This document shows positions 19,501 through 26,538 of a stretch of 28,711 bases of DNA, one piece after another. A model generated the notes under the pieces. The model saw only the letters and a program-made list of their open reading frames with translations, was not told where the DNA came from and did no database searches. How positions within the stretch are numbered: position 1 is the first letter of the stretch; every line of letters begins with the position of its first letter. Source of the DNA: Campylobacterota bacterium. GTDB taxonomy: Bacteria > Campylobacterota > Campylobacteria > Campylobacterales > Sulfurovaceae. The stretch spans positions 1-28,711 of the forward strand of contig JAYEOM010000139.1 in assembly GCA_034722955.1 (NCBI GenBank). The letters run 5' to 3'. A program made the position numbers and the translations under genes.

Positions 19501-19938
19501 GTTATGGGTGTAGGTGCACCTCTATATGACATGACGATGGATGGCAAGATAGGAACACTGAAGCCTACGGAGGGTCTCGACAAAGGCATGATGGCACGCA
19601 GGGATAGTTGGCAGTTCAAAGAGTACAACAAAGATCTTGACAACATCTGGTGGGATGGATTGAGCGGTGCTTGGCAAAATGCTGTAGCGCCTTCACATCC
19701 AGATCCAATAGCAGGCAACCACGCTTGGCATCAGAAGATTCGTATCGAAAAAGCTGCCAAAGATGATAAGATCGGTGATATCTTTGTGAACTATGAAAAT
19801 AACTTCAAAGTCTATCAAGAGTGGAGAGACAAACTGACTCGTCCTCTCGATAGTTCAGATATACTTAGAAGACCCGTTCATATGAAGCGACCGGCAGTAC
19901 CTCTGTCTCTCAAAGCGTACAGTGTCAAACTAACATAA
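16594..19938 (+). CDS. psrA: Tat-exported DMSO-reductase-family molybdopterin oxidoreductase (polysulfide/sulfur reductase-like catalytic subunit)
   Basis: Tat motif SRRTFLK; FS0 CSNCEASC...CAKG; YDPDRIPFPLKR; SHTNICS (putative Cys Mo ligand); C-terminal VWINTQDAKRLGIKRGD. Substrate is inferred, not shown. Confidence 0.8.
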   Translation: MTKSMNSDKPSFIESRRTFLKGTAYTVAGAALAKGVFETIADTPAVADSKFTPTPKTLAFYPPLEEWDSFTELDGNDWKRGGTGRKGVQSESNPDGIKATEYMLVPTSCSNCEASCGLTAWVDIGLYKKSQDPRDLKVRKYMGNPLHAGSRGRNCAKGYASQSQMYDPDRIPFPLKRAPGSKRGEGKWVRTTWESAMSEIGKKMNDTLKGGDEISRKSIMYHVGRPNENGFGHRVPHSMGCDGYDSHTNICSAGARQGTIQWSNDDRNNPDWANAKLIFLQSSHAADAGHYFQQAAGAIADARRKGAKLVVMDPRMSNSAGMADLWVPVWPGTETALYLYLANRILNEKGLDGKSQVDHAFVKNWVNWDRLMADKEYLGYLVEKGYIKSVPEGNSYQDFITMISEMYSPYTLDFVTKECRIEARIVEKLYDMFIDAGDRVVTYIWRAGPIAHRGGWMIARSAFLPFVLRGAMSGDEGTVGLHHWSVISVNGKGDAAAQAGVRPPRVDVWNEIAWPPEYPLSTYEMSHIMPHLLMDDAWQKKWADKGLTSIPKKLAVWIPRMYNPVWINPDGFRWIEALKREDKIEMSFNLSPTWSETNWYCDYVLPVGLAGERHDQHSEATRPARWLSFRNPALRVALEKMGWKPEDPTRATLEAHVKAGLGEVWEEVEFWANIMVHHVDPDGSLGVRKYWASKEDPSRAVTIPEWYQAAFDKLPNLKKAAKAAYPDSKYPNYEMMRDRGTWLEEDNIYRPQERDLHKKDGKYISHGHEYSEGDVEKDEYGALLVDDHVFGGKKAIGIEVDGGLKKGFHTLSRKLEFYSEWFKEWKWPEYAIPIYPKSREEREKMVHVVSHVHHDFMEKDNEFALNTVYRLSYNIHTRSVNSKHLMEISQNHNPVWINTQDAKRLGIKRGDAIKCTITDTVSGLESGYFVAMAVPTEGTMPGVTACSHHAGRWKLKNAVEIHGFEQKLGVMGVGAPLYDMTMDGKIGTLKPTEGLDKGMMARRDSWQFKEYNKDLDNIWWDGLSGAWQNAVAPSHPDPIAGNHAWHQKIRIEKAAKDDKIGDIFVNYENNFKVYQEWRDKLTRPLDSSDILRRPVHMKRPAVPLSLKAYSVKLT

Positions 19939-19944
19939 TATACT

Positions 19945-19963
19945 GGGCAGGGTTCTCCTGCCT
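19945..19963 (+). terminator. GC-rich hairpin after psrA (weak terminator or mRNA-stabilising stem)
   Basis: GGGCAGG-GTTCT-CCTGCCT; no immediate U-tract. Confidence 0.4.
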
Positions 19964-20026
19964 GACTCACCTACTACAATTTTCCAGATAAAATTTTATG
20001 ATTTTTTTATCTTTAAAGTGGTATAA

Positions 20027-20184
20027 GGAACCTCCCAAAAACAACTCTACCCATCTGACTTCTCCTTTTGCTCCTAGTTGGATTCTCTCAATCGTCGCAT
20101 AGAATCACTATGCTCCTCATGAGACAATCCAACTAGAAACAAAATTCCTGCGTCATCTTGGTAGAGTTGTTCTTGTGAAGTTCC
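20027..20184. mobile_element. 158-bp palindromic MITE with TAA target-site duplication
   Basis: Left arm GGAACCTCCCAAAAACAACTCTACC...CTAGTTGGATTCTCTCA is an imperfect reverse complement of the right arm TGAGACAATCCAACTAG...GGTAGAGTTGTTCTTGTGAAGTTCC. TAA flanks both sides (20024-26, 20185-87). Confidence 0.8.
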
Positions 20185-20218
20185 TAAGTCCATAATAATA
20201 TAACCAAAGGCATAGAAG

Positions 20219-20860
20219 ATGGAGAAGATGAAACAAGAGGTAGAAAATCGTATTGCTCTATATGCATTGATTTCACGATTGATGCTGATAGAGGCAGATG
20301 AAGAGTTTCTAAAAAAGATAGAGAGTGATGAAGCACTGCTTGATCTCTTTCCAAACTACAAGATATGGGGCAAGAGATCTCAGATAGATATGACTACTCT
20401 TATCGCAGAGTATTACGATGTTGATTTCGCCAATCTATTTTTAATGCATCTGGTTCCTTATGAGAGTTTTTATACTAGAGATGACCAGATGATAGAGAGT
20501 GGGGGTGACAATCCTGTGGTAGAGCTATATAATGCTTTGGATTTTCGTGTAGAGTTGACAGCTGCTAGAGTTGTCAGTGCTGACCATATCGGTATAGAGC
20601 TTGAGTTTATGTATATGCTCTGCACAGCTCAGCAAAAAGCACTAGATGCCGATGACATAGAGGGTGTTTGTGAACTGCTAAAAGTCCAAAGAGGCTTTTT
20701 AAAGGATCATCTCCTAGAGTGGGCTCCACTCTTTCTGATCAATATGAAGCGAGAATCAAGAACAGCACTATATCATGATGGTGCAGAGTTGACACTAGAG
20801 TTTCTACTCAGTGATTTTGAACATATCACAGAGCTTCTATCTACTCACTGTAGTCAATAA
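20219..20860 (+). CDS. TorD/DmsD family molybdoenzyme maturation chaperone
   Basis: PYESFY, DHIGIELEFM and FLKDHLLEW motifs. Confidence 0.92.
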   Translation: MEKMKQEVENRIALYALISRLMLIEADEEFLKKIESDEALLDLFPNYKIWGKRSQIDMTTLIAEYYDVDFANLFLMHLVPYESFYTRDDQMIESGGDNPVVELYNALDFRVELTAARVVSADHIGIELEFMYMLCTAQQKALDADDIEGVCELLKVQRGFLKDHLLEWAPLFLINMKRESRTALYHDGAELTLEFLLSDFEHITELLSTHCSQ

Positions 20861-21966
20861 TGAGTCTAAACTTTGATCTAGCCTCCTGTGTGAGAGCGAC
20901 TAGCAGACTCTCCGAGTGTACAAAATGTATAGAGATCTGTCCTGTCTCTACCTTGGAGATAGTGGAGAATACTCCTACATTTACCCCTTCGGCTTGTATT
21001 GACTGCGGAGGGTGTGTAGGTATCTGTCCTACGGAGGCATTTTCTCTCAAGGAGTTCTCTACTGTTGATCTATTTTTCTCTATGTTAGAAGATGGAGAGA
21101 AGCTGATCTCTTGCAAAAAGAGTATCCCATGTCTTAGCATGCTCACTGTTGAGCATCTCATCTCGATGGTTTTGACCAATGAAGAGGATATCATACTCGA
21201 TTTGGGACATTGTCAAAACTGTGAAATCAGAGATCCCCTCTATGGTCAAATCCTGCAAAATATAGAGGAGTGCAATTTTATCCTATCTAGTTTTAGCAAA
21301 AAAGAGTTAGTTGTTGACTTCACAGGCTATCATCCGCCGGAGCATACAGAGGAGAGTGATATATCATCTAGGCGATCTTTTCTATCAAACATCTCATTGG
21401 GTGGTGCCGTTAGGCAGAAGGAGGCTTTTGATCAAGCTCTTAATGCTGATGAACAAAAGCAGTTTGAGATAGATGATTCGGTTATATCCAAGATAAAAGA
21501 GAGAGAGATCCCAAACAAACGAAAGATACTCTTTACTGCACTCAAAAGAGCAGAGAAGCCTGCAGTGTATGAGATCTTGCCGGAGGAGGATGTGAGCTTC
21601 ACTTCACAAAAGTTTGTTGATGAGAGCTGTACCAATTGTCAAATATGTTACCGCATATGTCCTACGGGAGCTCTCAGCTCTGATGGAAAGTTTTCGCTGA
21701 TAAACTTCGATGCTATGTTGTGTCTCAAGTGTAGGCTCTGTCATGATGTTTGTGAACCAGATGCTATAGGCTTGCAGAAGGGTTTTGAGATCAAAGAGTT
21801 TTTTGAACCAACTCAGAGAACACTTGCATCGTTTGATATCAAGCGATGCGGTGAGTGCGGAGGCTACTTCACCTACCAAGGCGGAGAAGTTATATGTCCT
21901 CGCTGCAGTACAGAAGAGGAAGAGGCTATGATACTACATGAAAATGCACGAAAAATCAATTTTTAG
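20860..21966 (+). CDS. Polyferredoxin (multi-4Fe-4S protein) associated with the molybdoenzyme operon
   Basis: CTKCIEICP, CIDCGGCVGICP, CTNCQICYRICP, CLKCRLCHDVC; C-terminal CGEC...CPRC. Confidence 0.88.
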   Translation: MSLNFDLASCVRATSRLSECTKCIEICPVSTLEIVENTPTFTPSACIDCGGCVGICPTEAFSLKEFSTVDLFFSMLEDGEKLISCKKSIPCLSMLTVEHLISMVLTNEEDIILDLGHCQNCEIRDPLYGQILQNIEECNFILSSFSKKELVVDFTGYHPPEHTEESDISSRRSFLSNISLGGAVRQKEAFDQALNADEQKQFEIDDSVISKIKEREIPNKRKILFTALKRAEKPAVYEILPEEDVSFTSQKFVDESCTNCQICYRICPTGALSSDGKFSLINFDAMLCLKCRLCHDVCEPDAIGLQKGFEIKEFFEPTQRTLASFDIKRCGECGGYFTYQGGEVICPRCSTEEEEAMILHENARKINF

Positions 21967-21978
21967 AGAGGAGGAGAG

Positions 21979-22476
21979 ATGCAACCTCATGAGATAAAAC
22001 CCGATACAGGACTCTGTACGATTTTAGGTTATAATGCTCAGACAGGATATGGACGAAAGTATTTCAATGCTATCCTAAAAGAGAATCACTTAAATGCCAC
22101 AGCCATAGCACTCAATATAACTGATGAGCATTTTGAGTTTACGATGCAGAGTGTTGGTGAGTCAAAAGTAGACAAGATGATAATAGAGAGAGAGTTTCAA
22201 GAGAGAGTAGTTGGGTATTGTGACTATCTCAATAGTGATGCGAAGAGATTTGGATATGTTGATTTTATCGAAGTGACAGATGGGAGAGTAGAGGGTTACT
22301 CTCTAGATAGTGAAGTAGAGAAGCTATTTGACAATCCGGAGTTCTTAGACGATCAGATCCGTTTTGTCACCAAGATGATGCTGATCGCCAACCGATGGTA
22401 TGGTGCGACTATAGAGGTAGATACTATACCCCTCTTGATAGAGAAGAAAAAAGATAAAATGGAGAAGATGATATGA
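21979..22476 (+). CDS. Stand-alone shikimate-dehydrogenase (AroE) substrate-binding-domain homolog lacking the Rossmann domain
   Basis: ILGYNAQTGYG...FNAILKENHLNATAIAL...YCDYLNSDAKRFGYVDFI...GRVEGYSLD parallels the AroE N-domain; C-terminal NRWYG helix; GGAGGAG RBS. Confidence 0.6.
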   Translation: MQPHEIKPDTGLCTILGYNAQTGYGRKYFNAILKENHLNATAIALNITDEHFEFTMQSVGESKVDKMIIEREFQERVVGYCDYLNSDAKRFGYVDFIEVTDGRVEGYSLDSEVEKLFDNPEFLDDQIRFVTKMMLIANRWYGATIEVDTIPLLIEKKKDKMEKMI

Positions 22477-22928
22477 GAGATATCGAAGATCTACGCAAAG
22501 AGTTTGAAAACTTCAATGCCAATGAAGCACTATGCAGTGATGGTAGTTGCGAATCAGAAGAGGAGGTAGACCTCAAGGATTATCCATCCTACACAGAGGC
22601 ACTCTATGCCAAGCTGATAGCTCCCAATGTCAGCGGTATATATATATCCAGATGGGATATTAAGGATATAGCCCTAGCCGCAGGTGAATCCATGGCGATC
22701 CACCCACGCAAGCGAATGTTTGAACTCATCATGAAGTTTGCTGTAACTAAAGAGAATATGCAACTATTTTTGGATGCTTTGGAGGATCATATGGATGATA
22801 AGATTGAGATTTATGAAGATTTGATGAGACAATTTCCAGCTAGCTCAGAGATCTTTGCCCCCAAGATAGAGAAAGCCCGCAAAACGATCAGACTCTTTCC
22901 TCAGATAGTTGATGAGTATTTTGAGTAG
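22473..22928 (+). CDS. Hypothetical helical protein with an acidic CxxxxC N-terminal segment
   Basis: 151-aa ORF with ATGA overlap to the upstream gene; CSDGSCESEEE. Confidence 0.75.
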   Translation: MRDIEDLRKEFENFNANEALCSDGSCESEEEVDLKDYPSYTEALYAKLIAPNVSGIYISRWDIKDIALAAGESMAIHPRKRMFELIMKFAVTKENMQLFLDALEDHMDDKIEIYEDLMRQFPASSEIFAPKIEKARKTIRLFPQIVDEYFE

Positions 22929-22937
22929 CAGATATCT

Positions 22938-23348
22938 ATGATAAGATATTTTACGGCACTTATTATCGGTCTATTGTCTCTTCCTCTGCTTGCCAAATCC
23001 GAGATAACTATCAATATAGAGAAAATAGACAGAGATGCAGAGATCACAATATGCAATAACATTGAAAATAGAGAGATCACATATAGAGGTGTCAATGTAG
23101 AGAAAAAGGAGAAGGAGAGATGGAGATTTGCTAAGGGCAATATCGATTGTCCGTGTGATGCCAAATGCAGAAGAGCAGTAGTCAAACTAGAGTTTGAAGA
23201 GTGTGCAACACATAGATGGGATAAAAAGATGACTAGATGTGAAGTTGCTAGAGATGGAACTTATCGTTTTATAGTTATTGGCGATAGAGATACGAAGAGA
23301 AATGGGACAAATATAGTAGCCAAATCCTCTGAATTTAAAATTCAATAG
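22938..23348 (+). CDS. Hypothetical exported Cys-rich protein
   Basis: Signal peptide; six Cys including CPCDAKC. Confidence 0.65.
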   Translation: MIRYFTALIIGLLSLPLLAKSEITINIEKIDRDAEITICNNIENREITYRGVNVEKKEKERWRFAKGNIDCPCDAKCRRAVVKLEFEECATHRWDKKMTRCEVARDGTYRFIVIGDRDTKRNGTNIVAKSSEFKIQ

Positions 23349-23354
23349 TATACT

Positions 23355-24134
23355 TTAAAGTAATATACTGAAACTAGCACCATCCTTATCATTGGCTACA
23401 CTCAGTTTAGCACCACAATGCTCATCTACGATAGTTTTGGACATATATAGTCCCAATCCTGTTCCGTTTTTTGATAATTTTGTTGAAAAATATGGGTCAA
23501 ATATCTTATCTATGATATCCTCCGGTACACCGCCGCCATTGTCACTGATGATCAAACTATTATGGTTTGCTATTATCTTGATAGTAGGGTTTTCTATACT
23601 CCTCTCTATCAGTATCTCTTCTGCATTTTTGAGTAGGTTTAGCACTACCTGTTTTAGCTCATTTGGATATGTTTTAAAACGCTCTTTTGAGTTTAACTCT
23701 TTAATGATAGATATATTTTTATTAGCTATAGATGTCTCTATTATATTTAAAGAAACACTGACAACATCTTCTAGAGATGTCTCTTTTTTGATCTTATCTG
23801 GCTTGAAAAAACTTCTAAAATCATCTATAGTTGAACTTAGATGCTGAGTGTATTGAGATATGCTCTTTGCGTGTTTTATCACTATCTCATTATCTAGTTT
23901 ATCAAGTGTAGCTTTCAACTCTAAAGATGCATTTGTACTACCGATAGCAGCTAGTGGTTGTCTCCATTGATGAGCTATCATACCAATCATCTCACCCATC
24001 TGGGCTAAGCGGGATTGTTGAAATAGTATTTGATCTTTCTTTCTATTTTTTTCAACCTCCTCTTCAATCTTATTGGCCAAATTACTATTTAATCTCTCTA
24101 TATCAAGTTGATTTTTATCTATTTTATCTATCAT
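23355..24134 (-). pseudogene. 5'-truncated sensor histidine kinase (HisKA plus HATPase only)
   Basis: IAHQWRQPL H-box, NLLKNA, DNGGG, FDPYFSTK, GTGLGL. Upstream in-frame SNLANSFNEM looks like a HAMP tail; no RBS or TM sensor domain. Confidence 0.65.
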
Positions 24135-24237
24135 CTCATTAAAAGAGTTTGCTAAATTAGATTTATATTTGATTTTTAAAATGAACTTATATATTATATA
24201 ATAAAGCTCCAGATAAAAAGTTCTCTATATCACCGCC

Positions 24238-24879
24238 CTACTCCTCAATCTTCCGTATGCCCCACAGAAATCTATCTTTGTAAAACCCTTTGTCCAGTTC
24301 TGAGATAGTGACCCCATAGGCTCTGCCAGAGCTTGAGTGGATGAACTTTCCATCTCCTAGATAGATGCCGCTATGGTTGACATGGTGTCGATTGGCAGTA
24401 TCAAAAAAGAGTATATCACCCTTTTTGATATCTTTACGATTGAGGTGTTTTCCTGCTTTGGACTGCTCTATAGATGATCTAGGTATCGATATATCATTGG
24501 TTTTGAAAAGATAGTAGACAAATCCAGAGCAGTCGAAATGGTCTGGTCCTGCCTTGGCAGGAGCGTAACTGTTGCCCAATTTACTCTTGGCAAGGGTGAC
24601 CAATCCGTCAATCTTACCTGTTGAGGGTATAGAACTATTTTTACTCTCTTGATCACTGCTGCTGTTTGAGTCATCTATATGTTTGGATATAAGTTTGACC
24701 TGACTACTGTTTTGATCCATAATAACTTCGCACTTATCATCATGGCTGAGTGTCAGTATGATCTGCGTTGGCTCTCTCTGTGTGAGAGCGATATGAAGTT
24801 TGCAGTCAAGTGGCTTCATATCACCCTGTGCCTGAAGCCCTAGACTTAACAATAAAATACTACTTATAACTCTAAACAT
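24238..24879 (-). CDS. NlpC/P60 (C40) peptidoglycan peptidase
   Basis: Signal peptide; FDCSGFV, GDILFF and HSGIYLGDGKFIHSS. Confidence 0.93.
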   Translation of the reverse strand: MFRVISSILLLSLGLQAQGDMKPLDCKLHIALTQREPTQIILTLSHDDKCEVIMDQNSSQVKLISKHIDDSNSSSDQESKNSSIPSTGKIDGLVTLAKSKLGNSYAPAKAGPDHFDCSGFVYYLFKTNDISIPRSSIEQSKAGKHLNRKDIKKGDILFFDTANRHHVNHSGIYLGDGKFIHSSSGRAYGVTISELDKGFYKDRFLWGIRKIEE

Positions 24880-24996
24880 CCATCATCCCTATATTTATAT
24901 TTTGATATCATATCCAAATACTTTTTTATTATAGATATCAAAGTATATAAGTTTTATAATTTACAATATTTAGTTGATTTTCACAAGGAGTTAAGT

Positions 24997-26538
24997 ATGC
25001 AAAAGAATATGATAGCCATCATTACCCTCATCCTCTTTTTGAGTGGTTGTGTTAGTTTGCCAAAAGAGTACCTTAGAACCTCTTCATCGGCATTCATTGA
25101 CTATAAATCTACGAAGATTGGTCGTTTGTTTGAAGAAGAGGCTGCAAAGCATCCTGGCAAATCAGGGTTTAAGCTGATCCCATATGGTCAAGATGCCTTT
25201 ACGGCACGCATAGCTATGGCTAGACTCGCACAGAAGAGTCTCGATCTTCAGTACTATCTCTGGTATTCAGACAAGACAGGTCTAATCCTAGCCCATGAAG
25301 CACTCAAAGCTGCAGACCGTGGCGTAAAAGTCCGTATACTTCTCGATGATGTAGAGCAGAGCGGTCGGGATGATATAGTAGCTGCCATGGATGCACATCC
25401 CAATATCCAGATCAGACTATTTAACCCTTTTGCACATCGAAACAATCACCTGCTTGATTTTATCAGTGATTTTGATAGAATTAACCACCGCATGCATAAC
25501 AAAACAATCGTTATCGACAATTCACTCGTTATCATAGGCGGACGCAATATCGGAGATCACTACTTTGCCGTGGGAGACCATATGAACTTTAGAGATTTGG
25601 ATATCGCGGCAGCCGGTCCTGTGGTACGGCAGATATCATCTGTCTATGATGACTTCTGGAACGGCAAATGGTCCATGCCGATCAGTGCATTGACCAAGCG
25701 AACATATACTAAAGGTGATCTCTCAAGAGTTCAGAAAATGATGGATCAGAAGATTAGCAAACTAGACTTTCCATATCCTCTCGATAGAGATATCAAAACA
25801 CTCAAAAAAGATATGATTCGTATCCGTGACAGCTTTATCTGGGCAAAAGGTCTCTATGTCTGGGATGACCCCAACAGTATGCAGATCCAAGCAGACAAAC
25901 AGACAAATACAATGATCCAAAAACTAGAACAGCGTGTCCTATCAGTCAAAGAGTCTCTATATATAGAGTCAGCTTATTTTGTTCCTCGTCCGGTGGGGAT
26001 GGTGGCACTACAACAACTGCATAAGCGAGGAGTAAAGGTTCAGATCATGACCAACTCTCTAGCATCCAATGATGTCGTACCTGCCCATGCAGGCTATGCC
26101 GGATATCGCAAGGAACTTCTTCGGGCTGGAGTAGAGCTATATGAGCTGCGTCCCGATGCAGGTGCCAATAAAATTGTCAACAGAGAGTTGATCACCAAAA
26201 CCATCAAAACAGGGCTTCATACTAAAGCTATGGTATTTGATAGCAGTTCAGTATTTGTAGGGAGTTTCAATCTTGATCCTCGTTCAGCAGCGATCAATAC
26301 AGAGGGTGGTCTATATATCGAAAGTCCTAAAATAGCCAGAGAGGTCTTGGCATATATGAGAGGAGGAGTTGATCCAAAAAATAGCTACAGAGTTATGATG
26401 GACGGCAGAGGCAAACTTTTCTGGACTACCCATATCGATGGAAAAAAAGTGATTTATCATTCGGAACCAGAAGTGAGCAGATGGAAGCGATTCAAATCAG
26501 GATTTATTGAAATTCTACCCATTGAGTTGCAACTTTGA
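24997..26538 (+). CDS. Phospholipase D family lipoprotein (ClsC/YmdC-like)
   Basis: Lipobox LSGC; two HKD motifs (HNKTIVID, HTKAMVFD); GGRNIG and GSFNLDPRS; AAGGAG RBS. Confidence 0.9.
   Translation: MQKNMIAIITLILFLSGCVSLPKEYLRTSSSAFIDYKSTKIGRLFEEEAAKHPGKSGFKLIPYGQDAFTARIAMARLAQKSLDLQYYLWYSDKTGLILAHEALKAADRGVKVRILLDDVEQSGRDDIVAAMDAHPNIQIRLFNPFAHRNNHLLDFISDFDRINHRMHNKTIVIDNSLVIIGGRNIGDHYFAVGDHMNFRDLDIAAAGPVVRQISSVYDDFWNGKWSMPISALTKRTYTKGDLSRVQKMMDQKISKLDFPYPLDRDIKTLKKDMIRIRDSFIWAKGLYVWDDPNSMQIQADKQTNTMIQKLEQRVLSVKESLYIESAYFVPRPVGMVALQQLHKRGVKVQIMTNSLASNDVVPAHAGYAGYRKELLRAGVELYELRPDAGANKIVNRELITKTIKTGLHTKAMVFDSSSVFVGSFNLDPRSAAINTEGGLYIESPKIAREVLAYMRGGVDPKNSYRVMMDGRGKLFWTTHIDGKKVIYHSEPEVSRWKRFKSGFIEILPIELQL

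Noticed and set aside
16124..19718. Numerous short antisense or alternate-frame ORFs within the large genes (also elsewhere in the window)
   Set aside because: Shadow ORFs of well-supported genes with no recognisable motifs.
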